From NCBI GenBank assembly GCA_964527175.1, contig CAZGQQ010000002.1, forward strand, positions 1 to 56,288: a stretch of 56,288 nt of DNA. The letters are read 5' to 3'. The position numbers and the translations under genes were made by a program. Under the pieces are notes generated by a model that saw nothing but the letters and a program-made list of their open reading frames with translations, searched no databases and was not told the origin of the DNA. Positions 26,381-36,374 of the stretch are shown one piece after another; within the stretch, counting starts at the first letter, position 1; each line of letters begins with the position of its first letter. The DNA is from an uncultured Treponema sp. (GTDB lineage: Bacteria; Spirochaetota; Spirochaetia; Treponematales; Treponemataceae).

Positions 26381-26842
26381 GTGGCAGATATTAATCATGT
26401 ATTATTGATTGGACGGCTCACCCGGGACGCTGAGTTGAAATATACTTCGGGCGGAATGGCCGTCTGCAAATTTGCCATCGCGGTCAATCGCCGCCGGAAA
26501 AACGGGGATCAATGGATTGAAGAAGCGAGCTTTTTCGACATTGTGCTGTTCGGCCGTGCCGGTGAAGCAATCAATCAGTATCTCGTAAAAGGCAAGCAGG
26601 TCGCTGTCGAAGGCGAACTGCATCAGAACCGCTGGGAGCAGGATGGACAGAGCAGAAGCAAGGTGGAAATCAATGCTTCAAATGTTCAGCTTCTTGGCGG
26701 AGGGCAGGGTGGTTCGGATTATTCCGCAGCACCGTCCGGACAGGGAAATCCCTATCAGCGCCGCCAGGAATCATCGCCCCAGTCTACCATGGGCGGAGAT
26801 TCTTCCGGTCCTGCCGATTTCCCCGATGACATTCCATTCTAA
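26381..26842 (+). CDS. ssb: Single-stranded DNA-binding protein
   Basis: [21 protein letters not shown] and C-terminal DDIPF. Confidence 0.98.
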   Translation: MADINHVLLIGRLTRDAELKYTSGGMAVCKFAIAVNRRRKNGDQWIEEASFFDIVLFGRAGEAINQYLVKGKQVAVEGELHQNRWEQDGQSRSKVEINASNVQLLGGGQGGSDYSAAPSGQGNPYQRRQESSPQSTMGGDSSGPADFPDDIPF

Positions 26843-26853
26843 GGAGACAGGAA

Positions 26854-27150
26854 ATGACAGATGACAGAATAAAAGATTTTGGCAAGGAAGACCACAACTC
26901 TGGGCGTGAAGGTGAAGATCGCGGCGGTCGCCGTGGAAAGCCTTTCTTCAGAAAAAAAGTTTGCCGCTTTTGCACCCAGAAAATGAAGATCGATTACAAG
27001 GACGCCGATACACTTCGCCGGTATACCACCGAGCGCGGAAAGATTCTTCCCCGCCGCATTACCGGTACCTGTGCAAAGCATCAGCGCCGTCTTGCGCTTG
27101 AAATCAAGCGTGCCCGCTCACTCGCAATGCTTCCCTACGTGGTAAGCTGA
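26854..27150 (+). CDS. rpsR: 30S ribosomal protein S18
   Basis: [26 protein letters not shown] and IKRAR. Confidence 0.98.
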   Translation: MTDDRIKDFGKEDHNSGREGEDRGGRRGKPFFRKKVCRFCTQKMKIDYKDADTLRRYTTERGKILPRRITGTCAKHQRRLALEIKRARSLAMLPYVVS

Positions 27151-27167
27151 CAGTTTTTTCTCATATA

Positions 27168-27201
27168 CGGCTGTCGATCCAACTCCTGGACGCGGCAGCC
27201 G
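27168..27201 (+). other. Intergenic stem-loop between rpsR and rplI
   Basis: CGGCTGTCG...CGGCAGCCG outer stem with inner TCCA/TGGA; no following T-tract. Confidence 0.5.
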
Positions 27202-27225
27202 ATCAATCAGTAAGGAGCTCGAATC

Positions 27226-27864
27226 ATGAAGGTTATTTTAAACGTAGATGTAAAGCATCTTGGTGAAGAAGGCGATGTAAAAGATGTTGCGAACGGGTAT
27301 GCGAGGAATTATCTTTTTCCCCGCAGTCTTGCCGTTCCCTGCAATGATGTAACACTTGCCCATTTTGAGGGTCGCCGCGCGGACATTGAAGCCCGTAAGG
27401 ATGAAAAGCGCAAAGCCGCTGCCGGTCTCAAGGAACGGCTTGAAGGTACGGTACTTACCATCAGCATGTCTGCCGGTGCAAACGGCAAACTGTATGGTGC
27501 GGTTACCAACCAGACCATAGCTGATGAACTCGCAAAACTCGGTTTTGAAGTTGAACGAAAACGAATCGAAGTACCCGGTCTTACACTCAAGAGCGTCGGA
27601 AAGTATACGGTTATCATTCATCTGTATGAATCCGCCACTGCGGAAGTACCGGTGGTTATTGAAGCTCAGTCCGGTAAAGATTCAAAAGAAGAATCCAAAA
27701 AGGCTGAACCGGCAAAGAAAGCCGCTCCGGCACCAGAAGCAGCGGTAGAAGAACCGGTAGCAGAAGAATCAACCGGTGACACCGATGATGAAACCTCTGC
27801 TGAAACTGAAGAAGTTTCAGATGATGACAATGGCGCAGGTGATTCTGAAGAAACGGAAGCGTAA
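27226..27864 (+). CDS. rplI: 50S ribosomal protein L9 with acidic C-terminal extension
   Basis: MKVIL..DVKHLG, GYARNYLFP and GKLYGAVT. Confidence 0.97.
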   Translation: MKVILNVDVKHLGEEGDVKDVANGYARNYLFPRSLAVPCNDVTLAHFEGRRADIEARKDEKRKAAAGLKERLEGTVLTISMSAGANGKLYGAVTNQTIADELAKLGFEVERKRIEVPGLTLKSVGKYTVIIHLYESATAEVPVVIEAQSGKDSKEESKKAEPAKKAAPAPEAAVEEPVAEESTGDTDDETSAETEEVSDDDNGAGDSEETEA

Positions 27865-27870
27865 GTACTG

Positions 27871-29196
27871 ATGTCCGCATCATTAAAGGATAAAGTACCG
27901 CCTCATAATCTTGAGGCTGAACAGGCTACGCTCGGTGCGCTCCTTCTTGATGCGGAGGCCGTTGGTACCGTTATACGGTACCTTCGGCCGGACAACTTTT
28001 ATTCAATACAAAATCAAAAAATTTATCAGGCGATCATCTCCCTTTTCGGGAAAGGGCAGCGTTGCGATCTCATTACACTGACCGAAGAATTGAAGCAGGC
28101 AGATCTGCTTACTGCCGCTGGTGGTCCGGCCTATATAGCCTCCCTGACCGATACGGTTCCAACCAGCGCGAATGTTGATTATTACGCCAAGGTTGTTCTG
28201 GAGTCATCAGTCCGCCGCGCTCTTCTCGGTGTATCGCATAAAATCATCGCGGAAGCGCACAATGAATCCATAACAAGCCGTGCACTTCTTGAAGAAGCCC
28301 AAAAACAGATATTTGAACTTACCGACTCCAACCAGACGGCAACATTCAAAACACCGAAAGAGATAATCCCGCGTGCCATAGAAGCCATAGAAAAACTGTA
28401 TCACACCAGGGATTCATTTACCGGAATTCCTTCAGGCCTCATAGAACTGGACCAGATGACCAGCGGATTCCAGAAATCCGAATTCATCATTATTGGAGCC
28501 CGTCCTTCTGTTGGTAAAACGGCGCTTGCACTGACCATGGCTACCCATATCGCCGTCAAGGAAAAAATTCCTGCCGCATTCTTTTCTCTTGAAATGTCCG
28601 ACATGCAGCTGATGACCCGTATGATATCTTCAGAAGCGAAAATTCCTTCAGAGAAGCTCAGAACGGGACTGCTCAAGATGAGCGATTTCCAGAGCATTCA
28701 GGATGCAGCAGGCCACATTTACGAGGCCCCACTGTACATTGTTGACATGCCCAGCATGAAGCTCCTTGACCTGAGGGCAATGGCTCGCCAGCTCAAGACA
28801 CAGTATGACATTCAGATTATCTTCATAGACTATATAACGCTCATTTCAAGCGAAAACAGCATGGTTCCCCGTCACGAACAGATTGCGGAAATTTCGCGTT
28901 CACTCAAGAGCCTCGCACGTGAGCTCAATATTCCGGTAGTTGCCCTGTCGCAGGTTCGTCGTGATGCAGAAGGGAAAAAGCCGACACTTGCCGATCTTCG
29001 TGAATCCGGTTCAATTGAGCAGGACGCTGATGTGGTCATGTTCCTGCACCGGGAACGGTTGAGCAGCAAGGATGCGGGAGAACAGGGCATAGATACCGAG
29101 CTGATTGTCGCAAAGCAGCGTAACGGGCCTATTGGCGATATCGATATTGTCTTCCTTCCGCGCTATACGCAATTTGCATCACGAAGCGCACATTAG
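27871..29196 (+). CDS. dnaB: Replicative DNA helicase DnaB
   Basis: PPHNLEAEQ, GARPSVGKT, FSLEM, IDY, ALSQ, DLRESGSIEQDAD and KQRNGP; no intein. Confidence 0.98.
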   Translation: MSASLKDKVPPHNLEAEQATLGALLLDAEAVGTVIRYLRPDNFYSIQNQKIYQAIISLFGKGQRCDLITLTEELKQADLLTAAGGPAYIASLTDTVPTSANVDYYAKVVLESSVRRALLGVSHKIIAEAHNESITSRALLEEAQKQIFELTDSNQTATFKTPKEIIPRAIEAIEKLYHTRDSFTGIPSGLIELDQMTSGFQKSEFIIIGARPSVGKTALALTMATHIAVKEKIPAAFFSLEMSDMQLMTRMISSEAKIPSEKLRTGLLKMSDFQSIQDAAGHIYEAPLYIVDMPSMKLLDLRAMARQLKTQYDIQIIFIDYITLISSENSMVPRHEQIAEISRSLKSLARELNIPVVALSQVRRDAEGKKPTLADLRESGSIEQDADVVMFLHRERLSSKDAGEQGIDTELIVAKQRNGPIGDIDIVFLPRYTQFASRSAH

Positions 29197-29207
29197 GCGC
29201 ACCAACG

Positions 29208-31145
29208 TCAGTTGGCAACCCAGTGTCCGGTATGGGTAAGAAATCCCGTAACGAGATGCGTTCTTCTGCTGCGGTTGTACCAGCTCAACGATCCATCCTG
29301 ATTCAGGCTTACAATAAACTCGTTCATGTATACCGGTTTCTTCGGGAGGGCATAGTTTCGTTCAAGCGGAACCTGCCGGCTGTTACGTACTGATAGTTCA
29401 ATCATGGATGCTTTACCCAGTGTCGTCACGATATTCCCGGAATTCACACACAGGGTGGCAGTTGTGTCCTCATCGCCGTATTGGGCGAGCACACGCTCTT
29501 TTGTGGACGGTATGTCCGAAACCGGTACCGATAGGGATATGATTTCCGTTTTTGTTGATTTCCCGTCCTGTATCCTGAAGGCAAACAGGGTATTCTTGTC
29601 TTTGTCGGATCGTGACAGTCCATACACAAGATGCCCTTCAACAGGTACGGGAACAGTTTCCCCGGTACGGGTGTTGATTGAAAGGAGTACATGGGGAGAA
29701 AGACTTGTTGACGATTTCGATATCATGAGTCGTTCTGAATTGATCAGTACCGCATCCTGTATTCCGGCCCCCGAATAGGTAAAGGGTGAAAGCAGTCCGT
29801 CGAGATCAAAGACAACCGCGATACTGTTTCCTTCAACGCAGGAAACCATGTTTTCATGGACCGAAAGCGACGTGATTCCGTCGCGTGCTTCATAAAGCAC
29901 GGTTCTTGTTTCACCGTCAAAGCTGGTGAGTATTACTGATGCCCGCTTTTCCGAAGACCAGAAAAGGAGGCCGTTATCGGTATATGCCAGACGGTTTGAG
30001 GCAGACATGCCGTTAAACAGGAATTGCGGTGTTTCATCGGCTCCGGTAGCCATCAGGACGGATCCCCCGGAAAGGATATACAAATTGGTTCCGTCTGTTG
30101 AAACAGAATCGATGCGGTGTATATCTTCTGCAGCCAGAGGTGTTGCCGTTAATGGTTCGGTATAGGAACTCTGTCGCGGTATTGCATACAATGCACCTGT
30201 TTCAGTTCCTGCAATAATTCGTGTTTCAAGGCTGGTTGCCGCACATACCGGTGAAGAAATCCCGTTAATGCGAACCGGTTCGCCCCCGCCATCTTTCAGA
30301 AAAACGTCCTGTCCGGACTGTTCAAACCAGCGGGGAATACGGTCTTCCCGATGTGAGGCCATGACCGGGTTCGTAGCCGGATAGCGTTCAATGGTATCAC
30401 CGGACGTGGCATCAATGCTGTAGACGGTTGTTCCGTAGAATCCGGTGAGAATCAAATTATTGGCTATCAATGACGGTGAGGACAGGTCCCGTTCAGCCGG
30501 ATAGGAAGCCCGCTCGTTTCCGGTACGAAGATCAGTATACCGAATTACTCCCGATGGACCAAAGGTTACAATGCTGTTTTCCGACGTTCCGGTTATCGCA
30601 AGGGTTACCATGCCGGGACTCTGGTCAAATACAGGTTTGAGCGATCCGGTTAATCCGTCCAGTATTGATATTCCTTCAATGGAACTATGCCCCGCAATGA
30701 GATAGGATCCGCGTGCGGACCAGGACAGCGCGGTAACCGAGTCACGAAACCGTTTGGCGTAAAGCCGTTTCTTCGTCTCCCAGTTCCATACGGAAACACG
30801 GTGAATGCTGAAACCGTCAGATTCATACGTGGCGATATGGGTCCCGGAGGGGTTAACCGCAATGTGTATAACGGGAAGTTCGGACAATTGCCAGATTTCT
30901 TCAAATCCTTCCGGCGAAAAACGGGATACAAAGCCGTCTTTGCCCGCAGCAAAGAATGAATCGGTGCCGGGTATGGCGGCAAGTGAAGCCACCGGCCCCG
31001 TATGTTTGCGTGAAATGACTGCCGGAACGGTATCTGCAAGATCCGTATATCCGGTTATCGTTTCGATACGGTACGGATTCTGTGAAAAAAGCGGTGCCAT
31101 AACCAGCAACAGAATGACGGAACAGGTTGCATACACATTACGCAT
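29208..31145 (-). CDS. Exported WD40/beta-propeller repeat protein
   Basis: Signal peptide (LLLVMAPLFS-Q); WD-like repeats (HTGPVASLA, AGKDGFV, VSVWNWE, VTALSWS). Confidence 0.75.
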   Translation of the reverse strand: MRNVYATCSVILLLVMAPLFSQNPYRIETITGYTDLADTVPAVISRKHTGPVASLAAIPGTDSFFAAGKDGFVSRFSPEGFEEIWQLSELPVIHIAVNPSGTHIATYESDGFSIHRVSVWNWETKKRLYAKRFRDSVTALSWSARGSYLIAGHSSIEGISILDGLTGSLKPVFDQSPGMVTLAITGTSENSIVTFGPSGVIRYTDLRTGNERASYPAERDLSSPSLIANNLILTGFYGTTVYSIDATSGDTIERYPATNPVMASHREDRIPRWFEQSGQDVFLKDGGGEPVRINGISSPVCAATSLETRIIAGTETGALYAIPRQSSYTEPLTATPLAAEDIHRIDSVSTDGTNLYILSGGSVLMATGADETPQFLFNGMSASNRLAYTDNGLLFWSSEKRASVILTSFDGETRTVLYEARDGITSLSVHENMVSCVEGNSIAVVFDLDGLLSPFTYSGAGIQDAVLINSERLMISKSSTSLSPHVLLSINTRTGETVPVPVEGHLVYGLSRSDKDKNTLFAFRIQDGKSTKTEIISLSVPVSDIPSTKERVLAQYGDEDTTATLCVNSGNIVTTLGKASMIELSVRNSRQVPLERNYALPKKPVYMNEFIVSLNQDGSLSWYNRSRRTHLVTGFLTHTGHWVAN

Positions 31146-31758
31146 CCGGACTTTCCTCCAGAAGGACATTGCAAACTGACAGATATCCGCCGTTTCGAAG
31201 GGCAGTGTACTCTTCCTTTTCAGGATTTGAACGGTACTGGTCAAGAACAGAGTCATACAGACGGCGGGGAATGCGCATTACGGCGACTTCATCTTCCCTG
31301 ATGCCGTGAACATGGAATTCAAGTTCGTTATCAGCCGTATTTTTTTCATACAGTATGACCGGTGTTTTTTTTCGAGCTTCCTTTCGTGCCTGTTCAAGAA
31401 GACGAAGCTTGATCGATTCAACCACTACCGGTTCAAGACCGTCACGAATGGCAGATACCCGGTCAACAAGCTCTGCATACCCCACAACATAGTCAGTGTT
31501 CTTTTTCATTGACAGTTTTCCCGAAACGAGCCCCAAACGGTCAATTTCCGGAACCATATGAATGGTTGTTTTTTTTGATGGCCAGGAAACAGTCAGCGGC
31601 AGATCCAGGTTAAGCTCTGCATGGCAGGTGGGGCAAATACAGGAAAGTATTGTTCCGTCGATTATCCGGTCAAGGGCTCCCGGATCTTCATCCAGTTGTA
31701 CTGTTTCTGGTATGTCTGCCTTGAAAACCTGTTCACAGGGGCATGTAATTTTTCTCAT
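31138..31758 (-). CDS. CpXC-domain (zinc-ribbon) protein
   Basis: ITCPCEQVF...CICPTC; SD GGAGG before MRKITC. Confidence 0.75.
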   Translation of the reverse strand: MRKITCPCEQVFKADIPETVQLDEDPGALDRIIDGTILSCICPTCHAELNLDLPLTVSWPSKKTTIHMVPEIDRLGLVSGKLSMKKNTDYVVGYAELVDRVSAIRDGLEPVVVESIKLRLLEQARKEARKKTPVILYEKNTADNELEFHVHGIREDEVAVMRIPRRLYDSVLDQYRSNPEKEEYTALRNGGYLSVCNVLLEESPDA

Positions 31759-31771
31759 GGGAGTTCCTCCG

Positions 31772-33097
31772 TTACTTGATAAGATAACTGATATCGCCAA
31801 AGAGGGCGAATACGAATACAAACAGTATAAACCCGATTCCTATGAACTGGATGCGGTACATGAGTCTGGGGCGCAACGGTTTGCGCAGTATGAGTTCAAT
31901 AACCGAAAACAATACGGTTCCGCCGTCCAGAACGGGTATGGGGAGCAGATTCATGAGGAACAGGGAAATACAGATTACGCCCAGAAGTTCTGCGGCAGCA
32001 AGAATACCCTGTTGCGCAACTTCTCCAACCATGAGCGTAATCCGGACCGGGCCGGAAACGGCCTGTGAAACATCGACTCCTCCAAAAAGGAGACCGATGC
32101 TTTTAATGGTCAGCAGGAGAATACGTATTGTTTCCTGTACTCCATGGTGTACACTCGCAAAGAGGCCGGTTCCCGGGACGGTGACCGTTTCCCGCTTCCA
32201 GGTAATTCCCGTTTCAAACTGACCGTCATCGCGGTATAGCAGAACCAGCGGAACTCTCAATTGGATATCCTGGCGCATGATGCTCACCACAACCTGTTCC
32301 GGTCGGTTTTTCAGAACATCCTCCAGTTCAAGAAGATGCTGTACCGGTTTCCCGTCAACAGCAAAAAGGATGTCATCCGGTTTCAGACCGCTGAATTCCG
32401 CAGCAGAACCTTCAGAAACCGATTCTATTACCAGCGGTGCCCAGGGGAATATGCCGACTCTTCCTGCTCCGGTACTCCGGTCAAGCTCGGGAGTAACCGT
32501 TGTCGTAACGGTTTCTTCACCGCGGACAAGTTCTACGCGGACGGGCGTTCCTCCCTTGTCGGCAACATATTGCTGAATGTCCGAAAAAGAATTGACGGGA
32601 ACCTCATCAAGTGCCGTGATGCGGTCACCGGTCCGTAGTCCTGCCCGGTCGGCAGGAAGCATTCCTGCGTCGGAAAATTCGGATGCCAAAACAATTCTGT
32701 TTTCCCATGTCTGGTATTCGTAGCCTGTTGCGCTGACAAGAGTAAAAACCGAAACGGCAAACAAAAGGTTGAAAAGGGGACCAGCCAGGGCAATGAGCAA
32801 TCGCTTGAACGGGTGCGTTCCAAAGAACGTATCGGCACCGCTACTAACCCGGTCCAGGTTTTGTTCTATCGCTTCCCGGTAGGCATGTTCACCCTTCATG
32901 CTGCAATAGCCGCCAATGGGAAGTGCAGAAATACGGTATTCCGTTTCACCAATTTTCTTCTTGAACAGAACCGGACCCCATCCGATTGAAAACGAAACGA
33001 CGGTTACACCGACCGCTCTGGCGGCAATGAAATGTCCTGCCTCATGAACAAAGATTACCAGCGACAGGGCGAGTAATCCGATAACTACGGTAATCAT
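31772..33097 (-). CDS. rseP: RIP metalloprotease RseP
   Basis: HEAGH, FSIGWGP, AGPLFN, two PDZ domains and NLLPIPVLDGG. Confidence 0.96.
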   Translation of the reverse strand: MITVVIGLLALSLVIFVHEAGHFIAARAVGVTVVSFSIGWGPVLFKKKIGETEYRISALPIGGYCSMKGEHAYREAIEQNLDRVSSGADTFFGTHPFKRLLIALAGPLFNLLFAVSVFTLVSATGYEYQTWENRIVLASEFSDAGMLPADRAGLRTGDRITALDEVPVNSFSDIQQYVADKGGTPVRVELVRGEETVTTTVTPELDRSTGAGRVGIFPWAPLVIESVSEGSAAEFSGLKPDDILFAVDGKPVQHLLELEDVLKNRPEQVVVSIMRQDIQLRVPLVLLYRDDGQFETGITWKRETVTVPGTGLFASVHHGVQETIRILLLTIKSIGLLFGGVDVSQAVSGPVRITLMVGEVAQQGILAAAELLGVICISLFLMNLLPIPVLDGGTVLFSVIELILRKPLRPRLMYRIQFIGIGFILFVFVFALFGDISYLIK

Positions 33098-34209
33098 GCA
33101 TGCCATCCTTTAAGTATTGCTGCGGCAGTCTCACGGACACGGGTGTCTGTATCAATAACATCATCAATGGTCGTTGCGTTACCAGACCAGTCTGCTTCGA
33201 GTACTTCACGGGTACTATCGGCAATGGCACCGAACGGTATGTGCCGTGCAAGAAAAGCAGCGACCGCACATTCATTCGCTGCATTATAGGCAATGGTATA
33301 TGAACCTCCGGCAACCACTGCATCCTCGGCCAGTGTGAGCATGGGAAACGCATCAGTACGGGGCGGGTATAGTTCGATTGTTACCGGATTGGAAAGATCA
33401 AGGGGCTGCAGGTGATTGGGGCGGGTCTCGGGCCAGTCAAGAGCCGCAATAATGGGGTGACGCATGTCCGGGGGTGAAATTTGAGCATACAACATGCCGT
33501 CGAGGGTTTGTACCAGGGAATGTATCAAGCTTTGGGGATGAATAACTACTGAAACCTGTTCCGGTGCAAGATCAAAAAGCCGCACCGCTTCAATTATTTC
33601 GAGTCCCTTGTTTGCCATCGACGCAGAATCAATGGTTATTTTTGCTCCCATAGACCACGTAGGATGGCGAAGCGCCTGTTCTACCGTTGCTCCGTGAATA
33701 GCATCCTTGTCCCAGGTGCGAAAAGGGCCTCCCGATGCGGTGAGGATTATCTTGTGTATGGTATTTCGGCCGTGCGCTTCAATAAGCGAAAAAATGGCAG
33801 AATGCTCAGAGTCAACCGGAAGAATCTGTACGCCATTGGCACGGGCCATGTCGCGAATAATGTGCCCGGCCATGACAATTGTTTCCTTGTTTGCCAGTGC
33901 CAGGTTTTTTCCTGTTTCCAGAGCCGTTTGTGAAAAGCGGAGGCCAGGGCTTCCGGCAATGCCGTTTACCACAATATCAGCATCAGTTTCCGCAATCATG
34001 CGATGGAGCGTATCCTCGCCATCACGTGATACCAGCACCGAAGGAACCCCTCCGAACGAAGAAGCAAGGGTATCCAGCGCAGCTGCATTGGAATGTGCAC
34101 TCAAGAGGACGGGAACATAGCGGTCAGGATTGTTCGCAAGGATGTCGCAGCATGATGTGCCGATTGAACCGGTTGCACCAAGGACAATGATGCGTTTGGG
34201 TTTATTCAT
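33094..34209 (-). CDS. dxr: 1-deoxy-D-xylulose-5-phosphate reductoisomerase
   Basis: LGATGSIG, LANKE, PVDSEHSA, TASGGPFR, HPTWSMGAKITIDSA and NAANE. Confidence 0.98.
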   Translation of the reverse strand: MNKPKRIIVLGATGSIGTSCCDILANNPDRYVPVLLSAHSNAAALDTLASSFGGVPSVLVSRDGEDTLHRMIAETDADIVVNGIAGSPGLRFSQTALETGKNLALANKETIVMAGHIIRDMARANGVQILPVDSEHSAIFSLIEAHGRNTIHKIILTASGGPFRTWDKDAIHGATVEQALRHPTWSMGAKITIDSASMANKGLEIIEAVRLFDLAPEQVSVVIHPQSLIHSLVQTLDGMLYAQISPPDMRHPIIAALDWPETRPNHLQPLDLSNPVTIELYPPRTDAFPMLTLAEDAVVAGGSYTIAYNAANECAVAAFLARHIPFGAIADSTREVLEADWSGNATTIDDVIDTDTRVRETAAAILKGWHA

Positions 34210-34212
34210 TGC

Positions 34213-35061
34213 TCAAACACCGAAGAGGAAATCGGCAAGTATGTAAAAGACCGGAGCTGCAAGGAGAACTGAATCTATGCTGTCGAGAACTCCACCACGA
34301 CCCGGTACTCCTGATCCGGAATCCTTGATTCCGCTGGATCGTTTGAGAACCGACTCGAAAATATCGCCAATGATGGCAGCCGTTGCAGTGATAACCGCAA
34401 TAAGAATCATTGAGTGAATACGTCCGGCAAATATGGTATTGAACATGGAGTATGCAACAAGTGCTGCGGCAATTGCACCGAAATAGCCGCCAAAAAAGCC
34501 CGCGATACTTTTATTTGGACTGGCAGGGATGAGTCCCCTGTTGTTTTTTCCGAAAAGCATGCCAAAGAACCAGGCAAGCGAATCACAACCGAACACCATC
34601 ATGAAAAAAAGACTCAAATACACTCCGGCATTGTTCCATACCGTCATCATACCGAGGTACATGATGAGGTATCCGGGATACAACAGGACGGAGAAAGAAG
34701 ACGCCAGACGTCCCACTGCTTTGTCAAAATCACGGGAAAAGCAGGCAAAGAATTCATACGAAAGAATGGTGAGACAGGCAATAATGAGGGAGAAGGGTAT
34801 AAACCGGTAGGGAAGGCCGAATACCGCGTGTGAAAAAGCTGCAACGGGAAGAAGGAGCCCGGCGATGAGCGCAAACCACAAGGGTGCTACCGGAAGCTTC
34901 TTTGAGAGAAGATCGCGCATCTCAATGATTGCAAAAAATGTCGAGAAGAGAATTATGATGTGCAGTAGCAGATAGTTGTGGTAGGGAAAGAAAACAACCG
35001 ATGCGATGAGCAGTGGAAGGCCGGCAAAGAAAAGGAGAAGTCGTTCAATAAGCTTTTTCAT
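34213..35061 (-). CDS. cdsA: Phosphatidate cytidylyltransferase
   Basis: Multi-TM; SPNKS, GDIFES.LKR..GIKDSG..PGRGG.LD.IDS. Confidence 0.95.
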   Translation of the reverse strand: MKKLIERLLLFFAGLPLLIASVVFFPYHNYLLLHIIILFSTFFAIIEMRDLLSKKLPVAPLWFALIAGLLLPVAAFSHAVFGLPYRFIPFSLIIACLTILSYEFFACFSRDFDKAVGRLASSFSVLLYPGYLIMYLGMMTVWNNAGVYLSLFFMMVFGCDSLAWFFGMLFGKNNRGLIPASPNKSIAGFFGGYFGAIAAALVAYSMFNTIFAGRIHSMILIAVITATAAIIGDIFESVLKRSSGIKDSGSGVPGRGGVLDSIDSVLLAAPVFYILADFLFGV

Positions 35062-35744
35062 TGTACACCACCAAATCGTCTATCGCGCCGGTGAAACGAG
35101 TCAACTGCTGAATCAAGACAGTCGCCGTTCCAGTCAGGCCATAACAGGTCACTGAAATACAATTCGGCATAGGCCGATTGCCACAAGAGAAAATTGCTTA
35201 TCCGCTGTTCTCCGCCGGTCCGGATCAAAAGATCCATGGGCGGAAGTTCGGGAATATCCAGATAAGCAGAGAAACCGTCTTCGGTAAGAGCCGGAATTTC
35301 GTCGGAAGGAATTTTCTTTATTGCCCGTAGTATTTCATCCCTGCCACCATAATTGATGGCAAGAACAACGCTAGTCTTTGAATAGCGTTCGGTTCGGGAT
35401 GCAATATCGGTTATTTCACTGGCAATGTCTGCCGGAAGGGCACTGAGGTCGCCGACGTGTCGTACGCGAATGCCGTTTTCTGCGTAAAACGCGAGTTCAT
35501 TTCTCAAGTGTTTTTTTATAAGCGACATGAGAAAACCGACTTCATCGGCTGTTCGTTTCCAGTTTTCGGTTGAAAATGTAAAGAGTGTTACAAATCGGAT
35601 CCCCAGTTCGGAAGCGCGTCGTACAACGTTCTTTGCGGCTTCGAGCCCTTCTCGGTGACCCTGGGTGCGCGGTAATCCCCGCTGCTTTGCCCAGCGCCCG
35701 TTACCATCCATGATTATTCCGATATGATCAGGCAACTGTGTCAT
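35058..35744 (-). CDS. uppS: Undecaprenyl diphosphate synthase
   Basis: HIGIIMDGNGRWA, FSTENWKR, NYGGR and IRTGGEQRISNFLLWQ. Confidence 0.98.
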   Translation of the reverse strand: MTQLPDHIGIIMDGNGRWAKQRGLPRTQGHREGLEAAKNVVRRASELGIRFVTLFTFSTENWKRTADEVGFLMSLIKKHLRNELAFYAENGIRVRHVGDLSALPADIASEITDIASRTERYSKTSVVLAINYGGRDEILRAIKKIPSDEIPALTEDGFSAYLDIPELPPMDLLIRTGGEQRISNFLLWQSAYAELYFSDLLWPDWNGDCLDSAVDSFHRRDRRFGGVQ

Positions 35745-36298
35745 CAGCCTTCCATGATTTCGTTTTCTTTATCTTCCAGAATTTTGTTGATTTCCTGGAT
35801 GTACTTGTCGGTTGCTTTCTGAATTTCATCCTCTGCAGCCTTGAGCTCATCTTCGGTCATCGTTCCTTCTTTTTGGGCTTTTTTGAATTCGTCATTTCCA
35901 TCACGGCGAATATTCCTCACGGCGACACGACTCTGTTCTGCAACACCCTTGGCATGTTTGGCAAGTTCCTTGCGCCGTTCTTCGGTGAGCGGTGGAATGG
36001 CAATACGGATTACTTTACCATCGTTCGAGGGATTCAGTGAAAGTTCGGATTTTTGAATTGCTTTTTCAATTTCACCAATGAGATTCTTGTCCCAGGGCTG
36101 GATCACGACAAGACGGGCTTCAGGGATTGAAACCGTTGCAACCTGGCTTAACGGTGATTTTTCACCATAATAATCAACACGGATTTTGTCAAAGAGTGAA
36201 GCCGAGGCACGGCCGGTACGAATGGTATTGAACTCATCCTTGAGCGCCTGGACGGATTTTTTCATACGCTCGACATGAGATTCGATCATATCAGACAT
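35744..36298 (-). CDS. frr: Ribosome recycling factor
   Basis: IRTGRAS, VDYYG, PPLTEERRKEL and VRNIRRD. Confidence 0.98.
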   Translation of the reverse strand: MSDMIESHVERMKKSVQALKDEFNTIRTGRASASLFDKIRVDYYGEKSPLSQVATVSIPEARLVVIQPWDKNLIGEIEKAIQKSELSLNPSNDGKVIRIAIPPLTEERRKELAKHAKGVAEQSRVAVRNIRRDGNDEFKKAQKEGTMTEDELKAAEDEIQKATDKYIQEINKILEDKENEIMEG

Positions 36299-36320
36299 TG
36301 GTAACTCCTTCACGGAAAAG

Positions 36321-36348
36321 CGGGAACCGGTGTGTTAACCGGTTCCCG
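36321..36348. other. Strong stem-loop between tsf and frr
   Basis: CGGGAACCGGT-GTGTTA-ACCGGTTCCCG (11-bp stem); on the minus strand it is followed by a short CTTTT, so it may be a partial terminator. Confidence 0.6.
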
Positions 36349-36374
36349 GTATGCCGTTATTTCATTATACCAGA

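Noticed and set aside
27871-29196. Intein in DnaB
   Set aside because: The length (441 aa) is canonical and the helicase motifs are contiguous.
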